Shown here in pieces: positions 10,898 through 20,383 of a stretch of DNA of 32,000 bases (positions are counted from its first letter, which is position 1; every line of letters starts with the position of its first letter). A program made the translations under genes and the position numbers. The stretch is from assembly GCF_000009705.1 (NCBI RefSeq), contig NC_003272.1, positions 2,190,001 through 2,222,000 of the forward strand, read 5' to 3'. The notes below the pieces were generated by a model that was given only the letters and a program-made list of their open reading frames with translations, was not told where the DNA came from and ran no database searches. Source of the stretch: Nostoc sp. PCC 7120 = FACHB-418. Lineage in GTDB: Bacteria > Cyanobacteriota > Cyanobacteriia > Cyanobacteriales > Nostocaceae.

Positions 10898-11719
10898 CTA
10901 GAAGCCAGAGAAATTATAGCCGACACCTATGAGTAGACCGATATCAGTGCTATCGAAGAAGCCAGCATTGACGGCGGCTGTGGCGGTAAATTGAGCATTT
11001 AGTGGCAAGTCAATACCACCGGAGGCTAAAAACCCTACTTGGGATTCATCACCAGTTTTAATGGCTGCACCAATACCGATGTAAGGTGCGATCGCTAGGG
11101 GTTCACTAAAAGCGTCTGCGGCTTGTAGGGTAAAATCGTAGGTGATGGGAACTAAAATTGTGGTGTTACTTCCAAACACTGCTGATGGTCTAACGGAGAT
11201 AGCATTCGTCAACCCGATTTTGCTAATGGCTGCGAAGTTACCATCACTCAGAGATGAGTCATCACCACTTATACCAATATTACCGGCAACACCAATGTAG
11301 CTTCTACCGCCACGAGTTGGTCTACCTGGGTCAATATCTGATTGTGCAATTGTGGATGTAGATGATGGTATAGCAGATGGTTGAGCAGAAGGTTCTACAT
11401 ATTCTGGTGCTAGGGTAGCTGATGTAGTAGCTACTGTCCCAGGAACAGGTGTGATGATACGAGTAGCTGTATCCTGTGTATTAACACTGGGAAACTGCTG
11501 TGTTTCAGTTGCATTAGATATAGGGTAAGCGATCGCCGAATCTTGATTTTGTGCCTCTGTGTCTGCTGACACGGTTGCAGATGATTCAGTCAACTGTTGA
11601 CTCTCAGCAGGAATAACTGTTTGAGCCTGAGCAGAGAAACTATTACCAAAAACTGCTAGAGCAGCTAAACCTGGCAACAACAAAAATTCTTTACGAATAA
11701 AAATATTGTTCACGTTCAC
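10898..11719 (-). CDS. Putative outer-membrane beta-barrel protein with signal peptide and Ser/Thr/Gln-rich linker
   Basis: 273 aa. There is an N-terminal signal (LLLPGLAALAVFGNSFSAQA) and a low-complexity middle. The C-terminal roughly 140 aa show alternating hydrophobic residues and end in ...GVGYNFSGF, a terminal Phe typical of OMP barrels. Confidence 0.55.
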   Translation of the reverse strand: MNVNNIFIRKEFLLLPGLAALAVFGNSFSAQAQTVIPAESQQLTESSATVSADTEAQNQDSAIAYPISNATETQQFPSVNTQDTATRIITPVPGTVATTSATLAPEYVEPSAQPSAIPSSTSTIAQSDIDPGRPTRGGRSYIGVAGNIGISGDDSSLSDGNFAAISKIGLTNAISVRPSAVFGSNTTILVPITYDFTLQAADAFSEPLAIAPYIGIGAAIKTGDESQVGFLASGGIDLPLNAQFTATAAVNAGFFDSTDIGLLIGVGYNFSGF

Positions 11720-11869
11720 TCCTAAAAAATAGGTTCCACAATAGATAATTCTAGCAATTGCTCTAAATTCCGAGAATTTCTAGTAATAAGAAAACTCTAG
11801 CACCAGAAAATCTATTGGCACATCCTTATATAGGTGGAAATAGGGAATCAACGCCGTGTGCAACTTTTT

Positions 11870-12000
11870 TCAAACCTAACCCCCAACCGCTTCCCTACAA
11901 GGGAAGGGGAGCAAGAATTAAAGCTTCTACGCCACTTGCTACAACGGGGGGAACCCGCGCAACGCAGTGGCTCCTCCTTGCAGGGGATGCACATCGGGTG
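11870..12000. repeat. GC-rich intergenic hairpin element (dispersed-repeat/MITE-like), directly downstream of the mrp operon
   Basis: Hairpins CTTCCCT-aca-AGGGAAG and GCCACT...AGTGGC. It shares the anchors ACGCCACT / GGRAACCCGC / GTGGCTC with the reverse complement of 8911-8975. ORFs 11815-12009 and 11939-12232 overlap it and look spurious. Confidence 0.5.
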
Positions 12001-12018
12001 AATCAATAATTTGGTTGC

Positions 12019-12681
12019 TTACAACAATCCGCGATAACGAATAAACACCAAAATAGCTGCCCAGGAACCCAATGCAACTTTGATTGCTACTAGGATATTC
12101 AGTAATGGTATTACCCCACCACTGAAAAGAGCGCCCATCTCTCCGTGGGGTAATTCTAATCCGGACAAAGTTATTACTGCCAGGATGATGAAGACTAAAA
12201 CTGAAATCTTTTCCCAGGTGGCGGCGTGCCAACGCTTGTAAATCGCTTCCATCCGCTCTGGTGATGAGGTAATGGCTACAAGGCCGATTGCCGTCCCACC
12301 GGCCACACCAGCCGCAAAGCCACCACCAGGAGTTAAATGTCCGCGAATAGCCAACTCAATACTCACCAAAGAGGTAATTGTTGCTCCCAAACGCGCTAGC
12401 ACAATTGATGGTTTATCTGTGAAACGATAGATGGCGCAGGATGGCCTTTCATTAGCCAGCAAGAAATAAGCGCCCATGATGGCGATTGTAAATACTATTA
12501 CCTCGAATATAGTGTCATACAACCGATTTCTGAGAATGATGACTGTCACGGCATTGGGTATACCACCATCTTTAACTATCGATTCCACGATAGAGAAATC
12601 CAGCAGTTTTGGTGCGGAATTCGGCAGGACGAGCATTTTTATATACAGCGCTATCCCGGCGGCAATGTAGATCCATTTCAT
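12019..12681 (-). CDS. mrpB: Na+/H+ antiporter Mrp subunit B (MnhB domain)
   Basis: 220 aa, polytopic membrane protein and last gene of the mrp cluster, with a 4-nt overlap with the upstream gene. Confidence 0.75.
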   Translation of the reverse strand: MKWIYIAAGIALYIKMLVLPNSAPKLLDFSIVESIVKDGGIPNAVTVIILRNRLYDTIFEVIVFTIAIMGAYFLLANERPSCAIYRFTDKPSIVLARLGATITSLVSIELAIRGHLTPGGGFAAGVAGGTAIGLVAITSSPERMEAIYKRWHAATWEKISVLVFIILAVITLSGLELPHGEMGALFSGGVIPLLNILVAIKVALGSWAAILVFIRYRGLL

Positions 12682-13259
12682 TTATGCTCCTCCCCTAACT
12701 CTGGTGTATTTACGTAGGTGAGGACTGCTGCTGGTGATGCAAGTTCGCTTTGCATGATTTCATAGATGCGTTTCACCCTAATGGCAGTCTGGTAAGAGAG
12801 GTCTTCAGACCCGTTGTCATGTTCCAATCTGCTACAGGTTGCATGAACTTCTTTGTCTATGAGCGCCCGTTCCAAAGCTTGGTTATTGGGGTAGGGAACT
12901 AGTTCTAGACGCATATAGCGTTTGCCAAAAATTTTGCGTAACTCATCCATTAGTTGCCCAAAACTACTTTCAGCCTCACTTACTGGGTCTTCGATGATAC
13001 CAAGACGCATAACTAAGGATGAACGAACAGCGATCGCATACAAAGTTATGGCCAACATCGTACCCACTAATGCTTCTGTCAAAGCCACATCTGCCGCACC
13101 CAAAAGCGTATAGGCTAAGGCCGCCACTGCTCCCAGGATGCCCCTAATTACCAAGGCATGGTATGGGTTAACTTGTACTATTAGTAGACAAGCAGACAAC
13201 GGTAGTAAAGCGGTAATGATGTAGATGAAGAGATCGTATTTAGTCATCTTTACCCCCAT
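12678..13259 (-). CDS. mrpA: Short MrpA-like subunit (DUF4040/MrpA C-terminal-type), cyanobacterial form
   Basis: 193 aa. The N-terminal roughly 90 aa are membrane helices (ALVIRGILGAVAALAYTLLGAADVALTEALVGT) followed by a soluble tail. The call is supported by position in the CDEFGAB order. Confidence 0.65.
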   Translation of the reverse strand: MGVKMTKYDLFIYIITALLPLSACLLIVQVNPYHALVIRGILGAVAALAYTLLGAADVALTEALVGTMLAITLYAIAVRSSLVMRLGIIEDPVSEAESSFGQLMDELRKIFGKRYMRLELVPYPNNQALERALIDKEVHATCSRLEHDNGSEDLSYQTAIRVKRIYEIMQSELASPAAVLTYVNTPELGEEHK

Positions 13260-13518
13260 TACTAGAACAGTATGCTAATACATACCCCAACATTGTGTTC
13301 CACATCGCCAAGCAAATGATACCTAGAATGAGCAACGGCCATTCTTTGGGTCTTTGCAAGAGCAACCCAAAGACAATACCAATTGAGCCAAGGGTATCCG
13401 ATACTGAGAGGGTATGCAGCTTGAATAATAGCGATCGCTTACCCAATAGGAAAGATGTTCCCCAAAACCAGAAGATAATGCCTATAAATATGCAGGTATA
13501 ACTTAAGACATCTATCAT
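13240..13518 (-). CDS. mrpG: Mrp antiporter subunit G
   Basis: 92 aa with 3 TM helices. FKLHTLSVSDTLGSIGIVFGLLL resembles the MnhG RxH..x.DTLG motif. Confidence 0.75.
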   Translation of the reverse strand: MIDVLSYTCIFIGIIFWFWGTSFLLGKRSLLFKLHTLSVSDTLGSIGIVFGLLLQRPKEWPLLILGIICLAMWNTMLGYVLAYCSSNGGKDD

Positions 13519-13766
13519 ATATCACTCATCCGTTTCAGCACATTTGCCAACAGCATTAATCCAGCATTACCTACACTGAGGATCATCACCCCAACAATGC
13601 CGATCATCCAATCATCGCGTAATACGGATACCATCAAGATGAGAACGGCAGATTTGGAGCAGATGCTGGCCAATGCCAACATTTTTTGCCAAATATGCTC
13701 ATTCTTCCAAGCCTCATAGATAGGTATGAGCAAAGCCAGAATCATTGCTATCAATAACAGGTTCAT
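13515..13766 (-). CDS. mrpF: Mrp antiporter subunit F
   Basis: 83-aa small membrane protein. Called on position and size, with 4-nt overlaps on both sides. Confidence 0.7.
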   Translation of the reverse strand: MNLLLIAMILALLIPIYEAWKNEHIWQKMLALASICSKSAVLILMVSVLRDDWMIGIVGVMILSVGNAGLMLLANVLKRMSDI

Positions 13767-14152
13767 GGCTTTTTCCTCCGTTGAATCCGGTGTACTTCAT
13801 ACCAGCCATCTTCGTGGTATTTCACAACAATGGTTTTTGGTGTAAAGGTAATGATGAATATATCCAGGAATATGAGTCCGGGTGTCCTTCTGGCGGGGAC
13901 ACGTTCCATAACTATCACTTCTTCATCATGGGGAGTGAGGATGATTTCCAATGCTTCCTTATAGGCAATGGGAAATGCCATGATGCTTTGCCACAAAGCC
14001 CGTAACCAATCCTTCAATTTTTCCTGGGTTTTGTCGTTATGTGGCAATAAGAGCGCAATACTCACACCGATGATGATATTTGCCACACTCAGATTGGCAG
14101 TGAGCAGGAACCAGATAGCCAATCGCAATAAAACATTTAGATATCCGGTCAT
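13763..14152 (-). CDS. mrpE: Mrp antiporter subunit E
   Basis: 129 aa. The N-terminal LRLAIWFLLTANLSVANIIIGVSIALLLP is MnhE-like. Position in the operon supports the call. Confidence 0.7.
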   Translation of the reverse strand: MTGYLNVLLRLAIWFLLTANLSVANIIIGVSIALLLPHNDKTQEKLKDWLRALWQSIMAFPIAYKEALEIILTPHDEEVIVMERVPARRTPGLIFLDIFIITFTPKTIVVKYHEDGWYEVHRIQRRKKP

Positions 14153-15576
14153 GCTAATACCATCCAGAAGAGTAGAACTAACATCAGACTCATGAAACCG
14201 ACAAGATGCTCAAATTGTTCTAGTACACGGGGGAGTTTAATAGTCAATCTTTGAACAATAAACAAATACACTAGCCAGCCAATGCCGATAATTGCTAGTG
14301 CTTTGATGATGTTGTCAACTGTATAAGCGTCATAATAAACGATATTAGCGACGATCAACGCACTGATCAGGAGTATCACTCCAGGCCATAAACCTTGTTT
14401 TACCTCACGTTTTCCCCCATGTGGCAAAAATATGAACTTGGCAAACGTTATAGCTGTTCCCAAAGCCGCAACGTTCATAACGATAACTTGCCAAGGTAAC
14501 AGATTCTTCATTGTCAACAACTTTGCCCCAAAGCCGGAAAACAATGGAAAGCCGGATATGGATAAGCTGCCTATAACTAAAGCAATCCAGACAGAGGTAT
14601 TTATGGGCTTATTTTTTAACTCCTTAAAGTTTCGGCTTGGTAAGGAGCCTGCTATTAAGAACAGCACTGATTTTACTAAGCCGTGTGTTAGTGCGTAAAA
14701 ACCAGCAACCTCTGGCGCGGACATAATCCAGCCTAATTGCGAAATCGTACTCCATGCCAGCATACGCTTGGTATCTTTCTCAAAGATTGCATAGCTTACT
14801 CCCAGAAGAGCTGTTCCTGCTCCCAAGATTCTAATTACGGGGTCAACCTCGTCTAAAATCAGCGCACAACGTACCAGGGGATAGACGCCAGTTTTGACTA
14901 CAACCCCCGAAAGCAATGCGGAAACTGGCGTGTCTGATTCGGAGTGGGTTAAGGGTAGCCACAATCCTGATACAAATACCCCACCTTTTACCAGTAGCCC
15001 TAAAAATATCAGGGCTAGCGCTTCCGGTGGTGCGCCGCGTAAGGAAGAAAAAGCAAACGAGTGATTGGTTTGATAGGCCAGCACCGCACCTACCAAATAA
15101 AACAACATGGCTACGTTGCTGATAAACAGATAGCGCAAGCCTACCCAAATTGATCTGTCCGTTCGAGGATAGGCAATCAAGAGAAACGCCGCAATCCCAC
15201 TTACCTCTAGCGCTACGTATAAACTGATAAAATCCGTGCAGGCAAAAGCGGCATTAACGCTACCATGTAACATCATGGTTTGGACGTAAAAAAAAGCCGT
15301 CTTATCACTTTGCCAACAGTAGAGGATAACGGCGATCGTTACCAGGGCGTTTGTGAGGATAAAGTAGCCCGTTAATTCGTCCAGTGTGAGGGTGACACCG
15401 AAGTTATCCAGTAATCTCAGTTCTAGGGGTGACTGAGCCACAAATAACTGGGCTGCGTATCCGGCCGAGGCAAGAGCCGCACCCAGAGCGAGGTATTTGT
15501 CAAGTTTGGGAACAAGATAAATGATGAACCCTAGTAAAAACGGTAGTGTAATCCAGGTGAGGGTAATAGTAGTCAT
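14149..15576 (-). CDS. mrpD: Mrp antiporter subunit D (NuoN/NuoL-like proton-translocating subunit)
   Basis: 475 aa and about 14 TM helices. WLPLTHSESDTPVSALLSGVVVKTGVY and STISQLGW are complex-I antiporter-like subunit motifs. Confidence 0.85.
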   Translation of the reverse strand: MTTITLTWITLPFLLGFIIYLVPKLDKYLALGAALASAGYAAQLFVAQSPLELRLLDNFGVTLTLDELTGYFILTNALVTIAVILYCWQSDKTAFFYVQTMMLHGSVNAAFACTDFISLYVALEVSGIAAFLLIAYPRTDRSIWVGLRYLFISNVAMLFYLVGAVLAYQTNHSFAFSSLRGAPPEALALIFLGLLVKGGVFVSGLWLPLTHSESDTPVSALLSGVVVKTGVYPLVRCALILDEVDPVIRILGAGTALLGVSYAIFEKDTKRMLAWSTISQLGWIMSAPEVAGFYALTHGLVKSVLFLIAGSLPSRNFKELKNKPINTSVWIALVIGSLSISGFPLFSGFGAKLLTMKNLLPWQVIVMNVAALGTAITFAKFIFLPHGGKREVKQGLWPGVILLISALIVANIVYYDAYTVDNIIKALAIIGIGWLVYLFIVQRLTIKLPRVLEQFEHLVGFMSLMLVLLFWMVLA

Positions 15577-15908
15577 GGGGTATTGTTCTTCTCGATTTCG
15601 TTGCTTTCCAATGTGGGATTATCCCGTGCCAACTTCATGACACCAACCAGCATTAAGGCTTGAATCGAAAAACCGATAACGATCGCCGTCAATATAACCG
15701 CCTGGGGAACCGGATCGGCGTAAGTCCCCTTTTGTTCACTTGCTAAAATTGGTGTGAACAAACCTTCTCTGGAGGCTATCAATACGTAATAGGCGATCAC
15801 CCCTGTACTCATGACATCCATTGAGATGATCTTCATGACAAGGCTTTTTTTGAGGATAATGCCGAAAAATCCACATAAGATTGTGGCGAATACGCTTGCT
15901 TCTAACAC
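15573..15908 (-). CDS. mrpC: Mrp antiporter subunit C (NuoK-like)
   Basis: 111 aa with 3 TM helices. ADPVPQAVILTAIVIGFSIQALMLV is NuoK/MnhC-like. It is the first gene of the cluster. Confidence 0.8.
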   Translation of the reverse strand: MLEASVFATILCGFFGIILKKSLVMKIISMDVMSTGVIAYYVLIASREGLFTPILASEQKGTYADPVPQAVILTAIVIGFSIQALMLVGVMKLARDNPTLESNEIEKNNTP

Positions 15909-16232
15909 AGGAATCGTCTTTTTAGTAAGGGTTAACCGTAGTTATTTGTAAAAAAAATCTATTATTTAAACAAGTTTCACCACAATCAGGGATAAAATTC
16001 GGTTACAGCCTTGAAATTGAGTCATTTTCGTAACTTTTCATTAGAAAGGTTGTGGTTGCCATTGAGCAAATTTACATAAGATTTCGGTACACCAATGACC
16101 TTTGGTGTCCCTCTGTGGTTCTACTGATGAGTTTACACGGATTTCATATCAAGAATAGGTGGTATCCGGTACCCAAATCAAGAAATTGCCATAGGTAATC
16201 CCTATGGACTGCATACATCAATAATAATGATT

Positions 16233-16260
16233 AAAAAAAATCCCTCAGCAACTCTAAGGG
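16233..16260 (-). terminator. Rho-independent terminator of the M50 protease gene
   Basis: On the minus strand: CCCTTAG-agttg-CTGAGGG (7-bp stem with one G-U pair) followed by T8, starting about 35 nt after the stop at 16295. Confidence 0.65.
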
Positions 16261-16294
16261 ATTTGATAGAAGGAGCGTTTTTTCGATGAGAAAA

Positions 16295-17464
16295 TTATGC
16301 AGGGTTAGGTTGGGTTCCGTTTTGCAATAGCTGGATGATAGCGGCTTTTTCTAAAATGCCTAGTAGTACGCCATTGTCAAGAATTACGGGGAGGGCAGAC
16401 AATTTTTGTTGCTCTAGTAATTGCACTACTTCTAACAATGGTTGACTAGATTTGATGGTGGTAGATTGAATCGGCCGCATCACTTGTTGAATTTGAGTTT
16501 CTGTCCAGGATATGGTGGGGATGTTTCGCAAATCATCAAGAGCGATCGCACCTACTAATTGTCCTGCGTTGTTGGTAACTAAAAACCGTCGCCAGTTCTG
16601 TCCTTGAATGATCTGATCATCAGCAAATTCTCTCAAGCTAAGATGGGCAGAAACAATAGGGCTATCTGTCGTTACAGCGTCGGCTGCTGTTAAGCCTGTG
16701 AGTTTTTCTTGCACTCTGGCAAATTGGGCTGCGTTACCAGCGTTTTGTAGTAAAAAGAAGCCGATTAACAAATTCCACACGTTGGCGAAGCTACCAAAAT
16801 ATAGTATGGGGAAGATACCAGAAGCGATCGCCACCCAACCAAATATTTGTCCTACGCGACTAGCAAAAGTGACACCTTTATATGGATTACCTGTCACCTT
16901 CCAAACAATGGCTTTGAGGATGTTTCCGCCATCCAAAGGTAAGCCAGGAATCAGGTTAAACAATGCCAATGCTAAGTTCACAGAAGCCAGAACTCCCAGA
17001 ATCGCCGCCAATGGCCCTGTGACTGCCGTAGTCACGCCAATTGTTGTGACGGTACCACATAATAATAAACTGACCAAAGGCCCGGCGATCGCTACCCAGA
17101 AGGCTCCGGCTGGTGTTTTGGACTCTTTTTCTAAGCTAGCCAAGCCACCAAAGATAAATAGTGTGATGGAATTAACGTTAATTCCTTGACGGATAGCAAC
17201 AAAGCTATGTCCTAATTCATGGGCGACGACAGACGCAAACAACAACAACGCCGTCGCCAATCCCAGCACCACAGCCAGCCTCCCAGAAAGTTGGGGAAAT
17301 TCTGCTAAGAGTCCACCGCTATAACTCCAGGTAACTAAGCCTAGAACTAAAAACCACGACGGATGGATATAAAAAGGAATGCCGAAGAGATTGCCGGCGC
17401 GGATTGTGCCATTCATGTCGTTCACCTTGAATTGCAGAGTGCGAGTTTTTGTTTTTATCTTCAC
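16295..17464 (-). CDS. Site-2 protease family (peptidase M50) with C-terminal CBS pair
   Basis: 389 aa. It has the HELGH zinc motif, NLIPGLPLDGG, multiple TM helices, and a C-terminal roughly 120 aa with CBS-like repeats. Confidence 0.85.
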   Translation of the reverse strand: MKIKTKTRTLQFKVNDMNGTIRAGNLFGIPFYIHPSWFLVLGLVTWSYSGGLLAEFPQLSGRLAVVLGLATALLLFASVVAHELGHSFVAIRQGINVNSITLFIFGGLASLEKESKTPAGAFWVAIAGPLVSLLLCGTVTTIGVTTAVTGPLAAILGVLASVNLALALFNLIPGLPLDGGNILKAIVWKVTGNPYKGVTFASRVGQIFGWVAIASGIFPILYFGSFANVWNLLIGFFLLQNAGNAAQFARVQEKLTGLTAADAVTTDSPIVSAHLSLREFADDQIIQGQNWRRFLVTNNAGQLVGAIALDDLRNIPTISWTETQIQQVMRPIQSTTIKSSQPLLEVVQLLEQQKLSALPVILDNGVLLGILEKAAIIQLLQNGTQPNPA

Positions 17465-17579
17465 TCGCTGTTCTTAGTGTAACGAAGTGTTAAGCAATTT
17501 TAATATTTCCAATGGTAGTGGTGTCCGTCTGTTTAGGTGTGGTTTTTGGGATAAGGGACTGGAGATTGGTAGAAAAGAA

Positions 17580-17628
17580 CAACAGTCAACGGTCAACAGT
17601 CAACAGTCAACCAACAACTGACAACTGA
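17580..17628. repeat. STRR3-type heptamer array (CAACAGT and variants, 7 copies)
   Basis: caacagt caacggt caacagt caacagt caaccaa caactga caactga, just upstream of trmB. Confidence 0.9.
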
Positions 17629-17649
17629 CTAATTGCTATATTTAAAGTT

Positions 17650-18309
17650 GTGATTTCAGGAGTGTCAGCTTTGCCATTTGTTCGCGTCCGTCAGCACGTC
17701 AACCCACTAGCGCAAAAATATCTCACCCCAGCCAATCCTCTGGAATGGGAAAAAGCTTATAGCACTCCGCACCAACCGCTACACCTGGATATTGGTTGTG
17801 CTAGGGGTAGATTTGTGTTGCAAATGGCGCAGGTAGAACCCAATTGGAATTTCCTGGGGTTAGAAATTAGAGAATCTTTGGTAATAGAGGCAAATCAGTT
17901 TCGTTCTCAGTTGGGTTTAACCAACCTCCACTATTTATATTGCAACGCCAATAATTCACTACAGCCCCTATTATCCTCTTTGCCTACAGGGATTTTACAG
18001 CGTGTGACCATTCAATTCCCTGACCCTTGGTTTAAAACTCGCCACGCTAAACGCCGTGTAGTCCAACCAGAGTTAGTTCAAGATATAGCTAATTATTTGG
18101 CCGTGGGCGGCGTGGTATTTTTGCAATCAGATATGGAATTTGTGGCTGTGGAAATGTGCGATCGCTTTGCTGCTAATCCAGCTTTTAAGAAAGTTGGCAC
18201 AGGAGAATGGTTAACCGAAAATCCCCTCCCAGTGGCTACAGAGAGAGAAACCACAACCCAGAATCGGGGAGAACCAGTTTATCGGGCTTTGTTTGAGAGA
18301 AGCAGTTAA
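17650..18309 (+). CDS. trmB: tRNA (guanine-N7)-methyltransferase
   Basis: 219 aa. [26 protein letters not shown] and [16 protein letters not shown] are TrmB motifs. The start is uncertain: GTG at 17650 or TTG at 17671. Confidence 0.85.
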   Translation: MISGVSALPFVRVRQHVNPLAQKYLTPANPLEWEKAYSTPHQPLHLDIGCARGRFVLQMAQVEPNWNFLGLEIRESLVIEANQFRSQLGLTNLHYLYCNANNSLQPLLSSLPTGILQRVTIQFPDPWFKTRHAKRRVVQPELVQDIANYLAVGGVVFLQSDMEFVAVEMCDRFAANPAFKKVGTGEWLTENPLPVATERETTTQNRGEPVYRALFERSS

Positions 18310-18313
18310 GTAT

Positions 18314-20383
18314 TTACACTGACCCGCTTAGTGCTGGGGATAGGTGGAAAATACTGGCCACTACGGAAATTAATTTGTTGGGATCAATCGGTTTGGAGAG
18401 GTGATGCTGAAATCCAGCTTCTATAATTTGCTGGCGGTCTTCTTCTCGTGAATATGCGGTTAAAGCGATCGCGGGAATCTTACCACCTTGTTCTGGTGGT
18501 AAGGAGCGTAATTTGCGGATGAGACTATAACCGTCTTGTTCCGCCATGCCAATATCACTAATTAGGATATCTGGTTTTAACTGTTCGATAACGGCTAACG
18601 CAGTCTCGACTGATGCACTGGTGGAGGAAATCGCCCCATATTCTTCAAACAAGAAGCCTAAAAAGTTGCGAGTATCGGTTTCATCATCAACAATGAGAAC
18701 TTTTAAGCCTGCAAGGGGAGAAGAGTTAGCAGCATCCCCAGAAAGTTTTTCCGTTGGTGTTGGTCGAGTTTCCCTATTTTCTTGAATGAGGGGAAATCTC
18801 ACAGTAAAGGTAGCTCCTTTGCCCACACCTGGACTTTCTGCCAAAATCGTACCGTTGTGCAGTTCCACTAAATGGCGGACAATTGCCAACCCTAACCCTA
18901 ATCCATTATGCGATCGCGTGGTGGTACTATCTGCTTGGCGGAAACGCTCAAAGACTTTAGGCAGAAATTCACTTGCAATGCCAACACCTGTATCAATGAC
19001 TTGGATTTGAGCATGAGTCAAATCATCAGATAATTCACCATTTATCCCTTCTAATCGGATTTCTACTTGACCTTCTTTCGGTGTGAACTTAATCGCGTTA
19101 GTCAGGAGATTCCAGACAATTTGCTGTAATCTGGCAAAATCGCCACTGACGGGACTTAAGGTGTAGTCAAGTACAGTGTTGATGGTCATATTTTTTGTAT
19201 CTGCTAGGGGACGCACTGCTTCTAGAGCTGCTTCCACCACAGTTATCAAATTGACGGGAGATAAATTTAGCCGCAGTTGACCGCGAATAATCCGGGATAC
19301 ATCTAAAATATCTTCTATTAATTGCACTTGTGAATTAGCATTGCGTTCAATTGCTTCCAAGGCTCTGGCTGTGGCTTTTTCGTCTAGTTTTTTGGCACGG
19401 AGAATTTTTGACCAGCCCAACATGGAAGTTAGGGGGGTGCGGAGTTCATGGGAGAGAACAGCCAAAAATTCATCTTTCATCCGATTTGTCGCCTCTGCTT
19501 CTTGTCTGGCGGTTTGTTCGCGGATTACCTGAGCGCGAATTTCTTCGGATTGCTTACGGGCGGTAATATCTTCAAGTGTACCGACATAGCCAAGCAATTC
19601 ACCATTACCAGAAAGCATTGGTGAGGAGCGTACTTGCACCCATCGCAGGCTACCATCCACTGTTTGAAAGCGGAATTCATCTGAATAGTCGCCGCCTTGA
19701 TAAATATAAGTAGACCAACTAGCGATCGCTCTTTCCTGGTCTTCTGAATGCACAGATTCCAGCCATCTTTTATCTAAACTCTCTGTCGCATCCAAGCCAC
19801 AAATTGCTTGATAGCGGGGATTTGTATATTTACAACATCCTGCGGTATCGGTTTCAAAAATACCTATGGGCGAGCAGGTACTCAAGGAACGGAAGCGTTC
19901 TTCACTTTGTCTTAGTTCGGCGTTAATCGCCGCCAGTTGCGCTGCTTGGTGTTGGATTGCTTGAGTTTTCTTAAAAAGTTCAACAAATACTGTAACTTTA
20001 GAAGTGAGAATATTTGCATCTATGGGTTTGAGAAGATAATCAACTGCTCCTAGTGCATAACCCTTGAACAGCATTTGGTCACTGGTACTGAAAGCCGTGA
20101 GAAAGATAATCGGAGTTTGGCGCGATCGCCCACGATTACGAATGAGGGTGGCAGTTTCAAAACCATCCATCCCTGGCATCTGTACATCTAACAAAATTAC
20201 TGCAAAATCTTGGTGCAGCAGACACCGCAAAGCTTCCTCCCCAGAAGTCGCCCTGACTAAATTAGCGCCTAGACGCTCCAAAATTGCCTCTAGTGCCAGT
20301 AAATTTTCCACTTTATCATCCACTAAGAGGATGTTGACTTTGGGTTCTGGCTGCATGAGTTCATTTCCGTGTAGAGTAACCAA
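18314..20383 (-). CDS. Hybrid sensor histidine kinase: REC - coiled coil - PAS - HisKA - HATPase_c - REC
   Basis: 689 aa. The N-terminal receiver is ILLVDDK...ILLDVQMPGMDGF. The PAS region is SPIGIFETD...RWV. The H-box is FLAVLSHELRTPL, with N and G boxes NLLTNAIKFTP, DTGVGI and GLGLGL. The C-terminal receiver is VLIVDDE...ISDIGMAEQDG. Confidence 0.9.
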   Translation of the reverse strand: MVTLHGNELMQPEPKVNILLVDDKVENLLALEAILERLGANLVRATSGEEALRCLLHQDFAVILLDVQMPGMDGFETATLIRNRGRSRQTPIIFLTAFSTSDQMLFKGYALGAVDYLLKPIDANILTSKVTVFVELFKKTQAIQHQAAQLAAINAELRQSEERFRSLSTCSPIGIFETDTAGCCKYTNPRYQAICGLDATESLDKRWLESVHSEDQERAIASWSTYIYQGGDYSDEFRFQTVDGSLRWVQVRSSPMLSGNGELLGYVGTLEDITARKQSEEIRAQVIREQTARQEAEATNRMKDEFLAVLSHELRTPLTSMLGWSKILRAKKLDEKATARALEAIERNANSQVQLIEDILDVSRIIRGQLRLNLSPVNLITVVEAALEAVRPLADTKNMTINTVLDYTLSPVSGDFARLQQIVWNLLTNAIKFTPKEGQVEIRLEGINGELSDDLTHAQIQVIDTGVGIASEFLPKVFERFRQADSTTTRSHNGLGLGLAIVRHLVELHNGTILAESPGVGKGATFTVRFPLIQENRETRPTPTEKLSGDAANSSPLAGLKVLIVDDETDTRNFLGFLFEEYGAISSTSASVETALAVIEQLKPDILISDIGMAEQDGYSLIRKLRSLPPEQGGKIPAIALTAYSREEDRQQIIEAGFQHHLSKPIDPNKLISVVASIFHLSPALSGSV

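Noticed and set aside
11815-12232. ORFs 11815-12009 (+) and 11939-12232 (-)
   Set aside because: The first is a translation of the dispersed GC-rich element. The second overlaps the mrpB 3' end out of frame. Neither has coding-like composition.
16698-17189. 163-aa + strand ORF
   Set aside because: It is antisense to the M50 protease gene, which has HELGH and the other family motifs. Its Pro/Ala-rich sequence is typical of a shadow ORF.
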